Shown here: piece after piece, positions 25,001 through 33,506 of the stretch
Position numbering within the stretch: position 1 is the stretch's first letter
How the letters are laid out: each line of letters starts with the position of its first letter
From: Desulfomonilia bacterium
GTDB lineage: Bacteria > Desulfobacterota > Desulfomonilia > UBA1062
Direction: 5' to 3'
Assembly (NCBI GenBank): GCA_963664325.2
Contig: CAXXDQ010000003.1
Location: 1,088,001 to 1,152,000, forward strand
DNA length: 64,000 bases
Notes under the pieces: generated by a model
Seen by the model: only the letters and a program-made list of their open reading frames with translations
Told to the model about the DNA's origin: nothing
The model's database searches: none
Translations under genes and position numbers: made by a program

Positions 25001-25496
25001 GAGCGGAACCACTATTCAGGATAGCGATCTTTATGATGTTACGTCGGACCTGCTGCAGGATGGGACTACTCAACAAAAACAGGATGTCACTGCACAGCTT
25101 GCTTCGAACACATACAAGGGGTGGAAGATATTGCTGGAAAATGCAGGGGAAAAGGTCACATCTTCACCCCTGGTATATAATAAGGTCGTATATTTCACAA
25201 CGTTCGAACCCAGCATAGCGCAAAATACAGATCCGTGCACGTCAGCAGGTTCAGGCACTGCAAGGCTGTATGCACTTGATTACAGCAACGGTAATGCAGC
25301 TTTTGGTGCGCATAAGGCCAACAGGAGCATACTGCTTGGCGGCGGTATGCCTTCTCAGCCTATTGTAATTGTGACGCAGGCCGACAGCAGCGGCCCGGGA
25401 GGGACATTTGTAGGTGTGACCATGGAAGGCGGATGGTTGGCCCCTCAGGCAGGCGGAATAAGAAATATCCACAAATACTACTGGCGGCTGCAATAA
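22071..25496 (+). CDS. pilY1: PilY1/PilC pilus-tip adhesin (vWA domain + beta-propeller)
   Basis: Signal peptide; MIDAS motifs FDNSGSM, TPLAETL, IITDG; WRGNLKKY, LGDILHSRP, GSNDGFLH, GQSWSTP; Ca-binding DGNDDGFED; C-terminal YWR. Confidence 0.93.
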   Translation: MIQMIIKKTLAVLFLATGLILPQVSLADDTVIFGGEAVNLAPNILIVFDNSGSMGDYIDVQVTQQPYDPTITYSNQGYDPHYVYYDYNNHGYWVDWIYIGSDHEVDSNEIVCEAVRNALNTGGVYGPVQLCESGRSTCQYYPCGSCSSYGNACRNGTTVNRTLATGNYLNWLNQPDTVSRRKIDIAKDTIWEVIKTTPGVRWGIMVFNSPAYNSDNSQGGHVEIPVKDRGRGSYVNSWPYPNEPDSTTCSNGNADCNYTRNQMITELKNVIYAQSASTWTPLAETLAEAGLYYAGAAPHFGTNSAAGAMNGSVYRTPIDYRCRSNNVIIITDGQPTTDRDPFIISQNYLFGETIGDADQDGRNELYGYSTSNSDTYYGSDYLDDVAYYLYHKDLIRSGNDASGNPFGNYDPNNPERILLQNVVTYTIGFNIHTDLLQRTADDGQGVGAGLGSYFTTEATGGQGVNLATAIRRIVGEIQERNANYVTPVVPVSRSNRTYADNAVYMAFFSPSDKTPGFWRGNLKKYGLDSNAMLLDRTGIPATDTTTGRILDSSHSYWWYNGNAEGVDVTVGGVGNRLLDGNITRRFYTNRAGGIISFSNTTISATDLGLLLDTERDDLINYLTASGVYSPTSTDARYKRSWVLGDILHSRPAVLYDYDRNVNALFAGSNDGFLHCFVDTPGSAGWPNTDTVTEKWAYTPYDLLTNLKTIPSLKTTMLITGDNEHDIFVDGSPIVYKAANNSNYVAFGLRRGGSKYYSLRLTANDENYTPIWAWDSDNYISSLGEPMGQSWSTPLFCKIKTTSTDTTGQEVLLLAGGYDTNQDLGTPAALDTSGRAIYAVQAQTGLLTTANLRFTYANTNSIRNCIVDLISYDGNDDGFEDVIYAGTLGGDLFAFTDKENNGSGGYGDGTWSSSLIFHAASDDGTTTKNKKFFYSPGIAQESWGDWVFIGSGNREDPLDDLPEGVRSNDYIYAVKNTWSGTTIQDSDLYDVTSDLLQDGTTQQKQDVTAQLASNTYKGWKILLENAGEKVTSSPLVYNKVVYFTTFEPSIAQNTDPCTSAGSGTARLYALDYSNGNAAFGAHKANRSILLGGGMPSQPIVIVTQADSSGPGGTFVGVTMEGGWLAPQAGGIRNIHKYYWRLQ

Positions 25497-25505
25497 GGAG
25501 TAAAT

Positions 25506-25943
25506 ATGAAAAACATTATAAATGGGAAAATAATTTTACTGGAGAAAATAATAATACTTATCTTTATTTTCTCAATACCTCACTCAGTATATGCCGATCC
25601 TTTAAGTTATGCGCTTGAATCATGGGACCCGGTCGGCGTATGCGGCAGTATAATGGAACCAGGCAGGGACTATATTATAGTCAATGAAAAGAAGATTCTT
25701 ATCATAAATGAAAAAAGACAGGGAAAAATTATTAAAACCTCCATCATGGATATGGAAGATAAGCAGCTTGGCGTAGAGGCCTTGAAAAAAGGGGTTTATG
25801 TGGCAATAAATGGTGCCAAGGCTATGGACAAAGACCAGCAGGCCGTTATTGTCGCGAAAGAGATTTATGTGCTGCCCAAACCCATGTCAGATAAGGAGAT
25901 GAGAAAATATCCGAAACTTCAGAAACCGGTTGAATCCTGGTAA
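25506..25943 (+). CDS. Exported small beta-rich (OB-fold-like) protein, PilY2-like by position
   Basis: AAGGAG RBS; signal peptide ending VYA-D; LKKGVYVAING...IVAKEIYVLP pattern. Confidence 0.6.
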   Translation: MKNIINGKIILLEKIIILIFIFSIPHSVYADPLSYALESWDPVGVCGSIMEPGRDYIIVNEKKILIINEKRQGKIIKTSIMDMEDKQLGVEALKKGVYVAINGAKAMDKDQQAVIVAKEIYVLPKPMSDKEMRKYPKLQKPVESW

Positions 25944-25971
25944 AGAGTTCAGCCATGTTAATGAATAAAAG

Positions 25972-25999
25972 AACGTCCGGTTTATCCGGACGTTTTTTT
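25972..25999 (+). terminator. Rho-independent terminator after the pil cluster
   Basis: AACGTCCGG-TTTAT-CCGGACGTT followed by a T run. Confidence 0.85.
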
Positions 26000-26023
26000 A
26001 TAATATCTGAAAGGGATTAAACT

Positions 26024-26797
26024 TTGGCATTTTATCTTAAAAGAGCAGCCGGAATGGTTTTCGATCCTTTAAGCTTGAGTATCATTCTTCTGGCAGCGGG
26101 TGTGCTCATTATTATTGCTTTAAAAAGGAAACAGCGTCTGGGGAAGTGGCTTATTGCGGCAGCTTTCGTTATCCTCATGCTGGCTTCATCCGGGATTACT
26201 TCAGTATACTTGCTATCCGGGCTGGAAAACGCCTACCCTGTTTTCAAGCCTGACAAAGAAAACACCCGCGGCATAAAATGGATTGTCATCCTAGGAGGAG
26301 GCAAAAATACCTGTCCTGATGTGCCTGTATCGGGGAGGCTTGATCAGGAGGCACTTCAGAGGCTGGTAGAAGGCATATATATTTCAAGAAGGGTTCCGGC
26401 TGCCCGGATTATCCTCTCTGGTGGAATACCTGAAAACGGAATGAGCAATTCCAAGGCTTATGAAATAACAGCTGTTACGCTCGGGATAGACAAATCCAGA
26501 ATCGTTATGGAGGAAAGGCCGAGAGATACATTTGAGGAAGCAGTTAAAATCAGGGAAACAGTCAAAAGAGACAGGTTTATCCTGGTAACATCCGCCTATC
26601 ACATGAAGAGGGCAATGGCGCTGTTCAAAAAACAGGGGATGCATCCCGTTCCAGCACCTGCAGGTCATTTAACGGGTGACTGTTTTCATTTTAAACCTGA
26701 GAACATCCTTTTTAGTTCAAGAAATATCCAGAATTCTTCCAGGGCAGTACATGAACTGCTTGGTATTCTATATTCGAAAATAACAGGACAGATATAA
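26024..26797 (+). CDS. YdcF/ElyC (DUF218) envelope protein
   Basis: IVILGGG, RLVEG, ILSGG, RDTFEEA, LVTSAYHMKRA. Confidence 0.9.
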   Translation: MAFYLKRAAGMVFDPLSLSIILLAAGVLIIIALKRKQRLGKWLIAAAFVILMLASSGITSVYLLSGLENAYPVFKPDKENTRGIKWIVILGGGKNTCPDVPVSGRLDQEALQRLVEGIYISRRVPAARIILSGGIPENGMSNSKAYEITAVTLGIDKSRIVMEERPRDTFEEAVKIRETVKRDRFILVTSAYHMKRAMALFKKQGMHPVPAPAGHLTGDCFHFKPENILFSSRNIQNSSRAVHELLGILYSKITGQI

Positions 26798-26848
26798 GTT
26801 CTTGTACGATTTTGTATTTTTCTATATTTGAGAATTATGGAGGAACAA

Positions 26849-28975
26849 ATGTCAGATAATCCACTACATAAAATCATGTCCCCTGAATCGATAGCAATTA
26901 CCGGTGCAAGCAATAATCCTTCTAAAATGGGAACGATCCAATGCATGAATCTTCTGAACAGCGGTTTTCCTGGCGAAGTAATGCCCATACACCCCAAGGA
27001 AAAAAACGTACTCGGGAGAAGGGCATACCAGAATATCAGCGACCTTCCCTATGCACCGGAACTGGCAATACTTGTGGTTCCAACCGGTCTTGTCGCAGAC
27101 ATGCTGGAGGAGTTTGGGAAAAAAGGGACAAAGCATGCAGTTATTATCTCGGCAGGTTTCAGGGAAACGGGCTCGACAGGAAAACAGCTTGAAGAAAGGA
27201 TAAAGGCAATAGCGGCCAGATATTCGATGCGTTTTCTCGGACCCAACTGCCTGGGCATAATTAATACATGGCTTCCGCTGAACATCACGGTGGTGCCTGT
27301 CGGTAACAGCAAGGGCAGTTACAGCCTTGCATCCCAGAGTGGCACCTATGTAGCGCAGGTTCTGCCATATCTGAGAAAGCACGGGATCGCCATAAACAAG
27401 TCGATAAGCGTAGGGAACGAGGCGAACATAGACCTGGTTGATTGTCTTGAGTATCTGGGTGAAGATAAAACGACAAAGGCTATCGGATTATATATTGAAG
27501 GGATCAGAAGGCCGGAAAGGTTCCTTGAAACAGCCCGCAGGGTTGCAAGAAAAAAACCGATAATCGCACAGTATGTCGGTGGTACGGAAGCGGGTGCCAG
27601 ATCGGGTTCAAGCCATACTGGAGCAATGGCCGGGCCTGATTATATATATGATGCCCTTTTCGAACAGGCCGGTATCATCAGGGTTGATACAATAGAAGAG
27701 GTCTATAAAACGGGCTGGACTCTGGCGGCACAACCGGGTCTGAAGGGGAAAAAGATCGCAATCCTTACAAACTCGGGGGGGCCGGGGACTTCAATTGCCA
27801 ATACCTGCAACAGAGAAGGGCTTGAGGTACCGGAATTTTCAAAAGAACTTCAGCACAAAGTTGCAAAATTCATTCCCGGACATGCAAGTCCAAGAAACCC
27901 TGTTGACCTTACATTTCATATTGATATGAACACATTGACCAGGGATATACCGGATGCTCTATATTCTTCCGGCGAGATTGACGGGCTCATACTGCACGGT
28001 ATTATGGATACGGGTTTCATGAAGGAACTGTATCCGATGTTAAAACCGATGATCAATATTTCACTGCAAGACTTTTTGAAATCCGCAGAGATTGATCTGA
28101 ACGCCCTTGTTTCAATGCCGTTCAGCTATAAAAAGCCTCTTCTGATATCGTCATTTTTCGATGATGAGGACCATGCAACAAGGGTGTTTAATCAAAACAG
28201 GATTCCGGTATTCGACTCGCCTGAAAAGGCGGCTAAGGCTATGGGTGCCATAGCAAAATACTGGCTTGAAATAAGAAAGAGGGCGCTTCCTAAAATTATC
28301 AATAAACAGATTCCGGCCAAGGCTGAAAAGATACTTGGTTCTACAAAGGTTCTGAATGAACATGAATCAAAACTCCTGCTCGCAGCCTATGGAATACCGG
28401 TAAGCAACGAGGGTCTGGCAAAGGACCTTGAAAATGCGGTGCGGCTTGCGGAACGTATCGGCTATCCGGTCGCAGTGAAGGCATGCTCGGCCGATATTCA
28501 GCACAAGACGGAAAGGGGTCTTGTATATCTTGGTATTAATGACAGGTCGTCTCTGGAAAAGGCTTTCAGGGAAATCAGGAAAAAAGAAAAGAATGTGCCG
28601 GTGCTAGTTGCTGAAATGCTTAAAGGGGAAAGGGAATTCATGGCCGGCATCGTAAGACACCCTGGATTTCCGCCATGTGTCGTTTTCGGGCTTGGAGGCA
28701 TATACACCGAGGCCTTAAAGGATATTTCCATCAGGCTGGCCCCTATCAGCCATGATGAAGCAATCACGATGATTAACAGCATTTCAGCCGTTACGCTTCT
28801 GGGGTCGATTAGAGGTATGACAAAAGCGAATAAGGATAAAGTTGCGGACATACTTGTTAATCTCAGCAGGCTTGCAACGGATTTTCCTGGAATAAAGGAA
28901 ATTGATATTAATCCTTTGATTATTGATGAAAACGGCAATCCAAACGCTGCAGATGCGCTTATAATAAAAGGTTAG
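26849..28975 (+). CDS. Acyl-CoA synthetase (ADP-forming), fused alpha/beta
   Basis: CoA-binding GPNCLG, SQSG, phospho-His SHTGA, NPVD; C-terminal ATP-grasp (HKTERG, DINPL). Start chosen after a GGAGG RBS. Confidence 0.93.
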   Translation: MSDNPLHKIMSPESIAITGASNNPSKMGTIQCMNLLNSGFPGEVMPIHPKEKNVLGRRAYQNISDLPYAPELAILVVPTGLVADMLEEFGKKGTKHAVIISAGFRETGSTGKQLEERIKAIAARYSMRFLGPNCLGIINTWLPLNITVVPVGNSKGSYSLASQSGTYVAQVLPYLRKHGIAINKSISVGNEANIDLVDCLEYLGEDKTTKAIGLYIEGIRRPERFLETARRVARKKPIIAQYVGGTEAGARSGSSHTGAMAGPDYIYDALFEQAGIIRVDTIEEVYKTGWTLAAQPGLKGKKIAILTNSGGPGTSIANTCNREGLEVPEFSKELQHKVAKFIPGHASPRNPVDLTFHIDMNTLTRDIPDALYSSGEIDGLILHGIMDTGFMKELYPMLKPMINISLQDFLKSAEIDLNALVSMPFSYKKPLLISSFFDDEDHATRVFNQNRIPVFDSPEKAAKAMGAIAKYWLEIRKRALPKIINKQIPAKAEKILGSTKVLNEHESKLLLAAYGIPVSNEGLAKDLENAVRLAERIGYPVAVKACSADIQHKTERGLVYLGINDRSSLEKAFREIRKKEKNVPVLVAEMLKGEREFMAGIVRHPGFPPCVVFGLGGIYTEALKDISIRLAPISHDEAITMINSISAVTLLGSIRGMTKANKDKVADILVNLSRLATDFPGIKEIDINPLIIDENGNPNAADALIIKG

Positions 28976-28983
28976 GAGGGTAT

Positions 28984-29379
28984 ATGTGCAAGTTTTCAAT
29001 AGATGAAATGATTGGACAATATCCGGAAAAAAACAAACTTCCCTGTGCGGCTGCACATTTGATAGCAGTCCTGGCCGAAAAATCACCAATGGACGTGGGA
29101 AAGGCCGCGAATGGCTTGAATGTTGAACTGACATATTGCCAGCTCGGTCTTTTCGGCTATGGAAGGAAACGTAAATCATCTTATAAAATCCTTGGAAGAC
29201 CTGTTGAAATCGAGAAGATAATTCTGGATAAAATTAAGGCTGAAAGCTTGGAAGGAAAGATTATGTGTTCCGCATTATGGCTGATTGCAGATTCCTGCGG
29301 GATAAGCAGGGCGGAAGCAGGAAATGCAGCGGACTCTCTAGGATTGAAGATTAAAGGATGTCAGCTAGGGGCTTTTTAG
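28984..29379 (+). CDS. Hypothetical protein with two copies of a Cys-containing repeat
   Basis: AGGAGG RBS; LPCAAAHLIA...CQLGLF and IMCSALWLIA...CQLGAF. Confidence 0.85.
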   Translation: MCKFSIDEMIGQYPEKNKLPCAAAHLIAVLAEKSPMDVGKAANGLNVELTYCQLGLFGYGRKRKSSYKILGRPVEIEKIILDKIKAESLEGKIMCSALWLIADSCGISRAEAGNAADSLGLKIKGCQLGAF

Positions 29380-29471
29380 CCGGTTATGCGATCTTCACAA
29401 ACAGATAGTGAAGTGATAAAGCATTTTTTGTTGGCACTTCTCTTTTTAAATAATTGGTAAAGGAGGGTGTG

Positions 29472-30092
29472 ATGTCCCTGACAATATCATGGCTCGGCCA
29501 TGCCAGCGTGCTTGTTTCTGACGGAAATCTTAACGTATACTTTGACCCTTGGATGCTGAACGGCAACTTTCCGCCTGCGGATATAATAATTGTTACACAT
29601 GAGCATCACGATCATTACAGTGAACCGGATATCAGAGTTGTTTCAAAACCTGGCGTAAGGGTTGTTGCTCCGATGAAAATGACCATGGTTACTGATATAG
29701 TGAAACCGGGCGATAAGGTTTTAATAAGCGGGATAGAGATTATGGCAATTCCGGCCTATAATATCGGGAAGGCTTTTCATCCTAAAAATAATGGCTGGGC
29801 AGGGTATATAATCAATATGGACGGGAAAAAGATATATCATACTGGTGATACCGACAGAATACCGGAAATGATGGATATAAAAGTAGACATAGCTTTCATG
29901 CCTTCAGGAGGCACTTTTACTATGACACCAAGCGAGGCGGCCTTAGCCGTTCTTGATGTAGGGGCTAAAGTTGCCATACCAATACACTGGGGTGACATTG
30001 TGGGTTCGTTGGAGGATGCACAGGAATTCAAGAAACTTGCAGGGTGTGAAGTATATCTGCTTAAAAAGAATGAATCCCTAACCCTGGATTAG
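29472..30092 (+). CDS. MBL-fold metallo-hydrolase (UPF0173-like)
   Basis: WLGHAS, THEHHDH, YHTGDT, PIHWG. Confidence 0.92.
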   Translation: MSLTISWLGHASVLVSDGNLNVYFDPWMLNGNFPPADIIIVTHEHHDHYSEPDIRVVSKPGVRVVAPMKMTMVTDIVKPGDKVLISGIEIMAIPAYNIGKAFHPKNNGWAGYIINMDGKKIYHTGDTDRIPEMMDIKVDIAFMPSGGTFTMTPSEAALAVLDVGAKVAIPIHWGDIVGSLEDAQEFKKLAGCEVYLLKKNESLTLD

Positions 30093-30096
30093 CTAG

Positions 30097-32034
30097 ATGG
30101 AAAATGACGTTATCAGCCTGAACAGGGTTTTTGAGAATGCCCCGTTCGGTGTCTGTGCCTTTGATCCCGAGGGAAGAATCGCCTATGTGAATTCAAAATT
30201 CAGTTCGGATGTATCGAGAACCAGAGAAGACCTGCTTGGATCAATTATTTTTGAGAGATTGCCCAGACTTGAACTCGATGATGAGCTTACCAGGAACATC
30301 AGAGATCTTGTAGATAATAAGACGCCTTTTTCAATAATAATTGAGACTTTCAGTTCTCCAAAGTTAAGCGAATCAGGTGTTTTCCAAATTACAGGGCACT
30401 TTATCGATCCATACTATATAATTACAAATCATCTGCTGGGGCATGGTCTGGAGCAGGACAGGCGGTTTAGAGACCTTATACTCGATGCCCCAGATGTCAT
30501 CATACTGCTTAACAAAGGTATAATAAGTTTCTGTAATAAGGCTTTCACCGACATGCTTGGCATTCCGATATCCGACGTTATTGGAAAAGATTTTTCCGAG
30601 TTCGTCAAACTCGGCGAGGAGAATAATTTAGTTCAGACTGGTAACAATGGCACGGTTGCGTTTTCAGTTCAAATCACCCTTGACACCTCTTCAGGGAAAA
30701 AAATACTGGATGGCCGTTTCCATTCTGTTGACAATAGCCAAGGCATGTCCCTGGCCGTTCTGAGAGATGTTACCGAAAAAGTGGCGCTTGAGCAAAGGAT
30801 AATAAGACAGAATGAAGACCTGTCTGCAATCAACTCTATCTCCGAGACTTTGAGTTCGTCCATAAACATGCATGATGTGATAAGCAGGGTGTTGGAGATA
30901 GTGCTTGAAATTATGAACATCGAAACAGGTCTGGTTTTTCTGCTCAATGAAAGAACAAATACCTTAAAATGCATCCATTCCTATGGACTGCCGGATTATA
31001 TCGTTGATACACTCAAAGAGTTGAGGGTCGGTGAAGGCATTGCCGGCAGGGTTGCTGCAACAGGAGATCCGATTATTATTGAAAATGCCTCCGAGGATAT
31101 AAGAATAACCTCGGTAGCCTTCAGGCGATACGGGATAAAATCGTTCGCTTCAATTCCGATAAGATCAAGGACAAGGCTTATAGGTGTAATGAATCTCGGG
31201 GCATACGGCAAACGTGATATTACCGCTGACGACAAGCAGCTTCTGTTAAGTGTGGGTTTGCATATGGGGGCGGTGCTTGAGAATATAATTCTGTTCAACG
31301 AGATTGAAAAAACAACAGAAGACCTTAAAAGCGCCATGATGACGATCGAACACAGGAATGAAGACCTGAAAAGGCTCGTATATACAGTATCTCATGACCT
31401 TAAAAACCCGATAATTGCGATAAACGGGTTCACTACCAGGCTTTTAAAATCCATGTCTGACAGATTAAGCGAGAGAGAGATAAATTATCTTAATTCAATC
31501 AGAGAAAGCGGCCATCACATGGAAAGTTTTGTAAATGACCTGTTAAATTATTCTGCGGCAGAGAATGCCAAGCTGGAGGAAGAATCCCTTGATGTAGGAG
31601 ATGTAATTGAGCGCATAATAATTGAGCTGGAACCTCAGCTGGAAGCCAAATCCGGGAAAGTGGTGATTGATGGCGATATGCCCGTTATAATATCAGACCG
31701 TGCAAGAATAATTCAGATATTTTCAAACCTGATATCGAATGCAATCAAGTATTCCCATCCTGACCGGCAGCCCATAATCAGTATCGGCTACAGACCAAAA
31801 GCGGAGATGCATATATTCTATGTAAAGGATAATGGCATAGGAATACCGTCAGAATATCTTGAAAATGTATTCGACATGTTCTTCAGGACTTATGAAAACC
31901 TGGCTTCAGGAACGGGACTCGGCCTTTCAATTGTAAAAAAAGCCGTGAATGATATGAAAGGTGATATATGGATTGAGTCCGTGAAAAATTCCGGTTCAGT
32001 ATTCTACTTTTCTCTTCCTGATAAAATAAGCTAG
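30097..32034 (+). CDS. Cytoplasmic PAS-PAS-GAF sensor histidine kinase
   Basis: VSHDLKNP H-box; NLISNAIKY, DNGIG, GTGLGL; GAF motif GEGIAGRVA. Confidence 0.93.
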   Translation: MENDVISLNRVFENAPFGVCAFDPEGRIAYVNSKFSSDVSRTREDLLGSIIFERLPRLELDDELTRNIRDLVDNKTPFSIIIETFSSPKLSESGVFQITGHFIDPYYIITNHLLGHGLEQDRRFRDLILDAPDVIILLNKGIISFCNKAFTDMLGIPISDVIGKDFSEFVKLGEENNLVQTGNNGTVAFSVQITLDTSSGKKILDGRFHSVDNSQGMSLAVLRDVTEKVALEQRIIRQNEDLSAINSISETLSSSINMHDVISRVLEIVLEIMNIETGLVFLLNERTNTLKCIHSYGLPDYIVDTLKELRVGEGIAGRVAATGDPIIIENASEDIRITSVAFRRYGIKSFASIPIRSRTRLIGVMNLGAYGKRDITADDKQLLLSVGLHMGAVLENIILFNEIEKTTEDLKSAMMTIEHRNEDLKRLVYTVSHDLKNPIIAINGFTTRLLKSMSDRLSEREINYLNSIRESGHHMESFVNDLLNYSAAENAKLEEESLDVGDVIERIIIELEPQLEAKSGKVVIDGDMPVIISDRARIIQIFSNLISNAIKYSHPDRQPIISIGYRPKAEMHIFYVKDNGIGIPSEYLENVFDMFFRTYENLASGTGLGLSIVKKAVNDMKGDIWIESVKNSGSVFYFSLPDKIS

Positions 32035-32120
32035 CAAACTGATTTTATTATTTTAATAACTTCATAATATGTTCAGGTAAGTTGACAAAAAGGGGTGTTT
32101 ATGAGATATGCCGCTTAGTT

Positions 32121-33311
32121 ATGCCAAATAAATATATATTGATCCCTGAGAAGAAAAAAAATCACAAAAGATATCTCCCGTATCTCCTTTTATCGGTTGT
32201 CGTTTTATTTATTTTTACGATCGTATTTGCCGGCAAGAAAGGAGAGCCGGACGTCAAAGCAGAAGAACAGAAATTCCTTGGGAAGGATGTTCTTAAACAC
32301 ATATCAGAGAAAGATATTAAAAGGTATGATCTTACAATTGACTGGGACCTGCAGAACTTTATTTCAGAGACTGCAGGGAAATATAAAATCGGTTTCGGCG
32401 CTGTTATTGTTATGGATGCAACCAACGGCGATATCATATCAATGTGGGGTAAGGACAGGTCCGGTGAAGACTGCAGCTTGCCTTTGAATTCGTATCTTGC
32501 TGCGAGCATATTCAAGATTGTAACCGCATCAGCAGCGATTGAAAGAGGCATGACCCCGCTTTCTCCTGTTTCTTATAACGGAAACCCATGGACTATTTAT
32601 AAAGGCCAGTTAAAGGACAGGACCGATAAATGGACCCAGCACATTACCTTTGCACATGCATTTGCACAATCGAACAACGTGGTATTTGCCAAGCTCGGCA
32701 TGTCACTCGGTGAAGAGCCCTTATTCCTTAACGCTATGAGATACGGGTTCTGGAAGCCTCCCATGAGGGAATGCTGGTCTGCGCCCAGTACTGTTATGAT
32801 TCCCGAAAACGAATATGATCTCGGTGAGCTTGCGTGTGGTCTTAATCACACAACGCAGATGTCACCGGTTCATGCGGCGCAAATAGTTACACCTGCCCTT
32901 AATAAGGGCATCATGGTCTCACCTAGAATTATCAGGTCAATGCCGGTTGAAAAGACAACGGTAATAAATGAAAAGATTGCTGATGATCTTTACATGATGA
33001 TGGGTGATACAATCAGGTCAGGAACGTTTTCCCGAAGGTTCAGGATGTGCAGTACCGATAGGGTGCTGAAAGAGGTAACGATAGGTGCCAAAAGCGGCAG
33101 TATAAACAGTAAGAATCCCGAGGGCAGGCTTACATGGTTTGTGGGGTATGCCGATCATCCGACAAAAGGTAAAATTACAATAGTCAGTCTTCTTTTAAGA
33201 GACCCTTATTACTGGATCAAAGCTGACGAGTTTGCCAGAATGATAATCAAACAGTATTATGACCATCCGCCTCAAATTGCATCAGCGCCGGTAGTCCGTT
33301 CATTGAATTAG
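32121..33311 (+). CDS. Penicillin-binding transpeptidase-domain protein
   Basis: N-terminal TM anchor; SxxK (SIFK), SxN (SNN), K(T/S)G (KSG). Confidence 0.88.
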   Translation: MPNKYILIPEKKKNHKRYLPYLLLSVVVLFIFTIVFAGKKGEPDVKAEEQKFLGKDVLKHISEKDIKRYDLTIDWDLQNFISETAGKYKIGFGAVIVMDATNGDIISMWGKDRSGEDCSLPLNSYLAASIFKIVTASAAIERGMTPLSPVSYNGNPWTIYKGQLKDRTDKWTQHITFAHAFAQSNNVVFAKLGMSLGEEPLFLNAMRYGFWKPPMRECWSAPSTVMIPENEYDLGELACGLNHTTQMSPVHAAQIVTPALNKGIMVSPRIIRSMPVEKTTVINEKIADDLYMMMGDTIRSGTFSRRFRMCSTDRVLKEVTIGAKSGSINSKNPEGRLTWFVGYADHPTKGKITIVSLLLRDPYYWIKADEFARMIIKQYYDHPPQIASAPVVRSLN

Positions 33312-33388
33312 CAAAGGTTTGTTTCCAGGATAATTCGCCTTGCAATGCTTGACACCCTGTTCTTCACATGTTAGCAGTTTTTTTGGTT

Positions 33389-33465
33389 CGGGACGTAGCG
33401 CAGCCCGGTAGCGCACCTGAATGGGGTTCAGGGGGTCGAAGGTTCAAATCCTTTCGTCCCGACCA
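33389..33465 (+). tRNA. tRNA-Pro (GGG)
   Basis: CGGGACG/CGTCCCG acceptor stem with ACCA end; anticodon arm CCTGA-ATGGGGT-TCAGG; T-loop GGTTCAAATCC; TTGACA at 33349. Confidence 0.97.
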
Positions 33466-33506
33466 ATCTAAATATACTCAAGAAAGAACATGCCGTAAGT
33501 TTAAAT

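Noticed and set aside
33389-33465. tRNA-Pro as an integration site for an island
   Set aside because: No integrase nearby and I saw no duplicated tRNA 3' end in the window.
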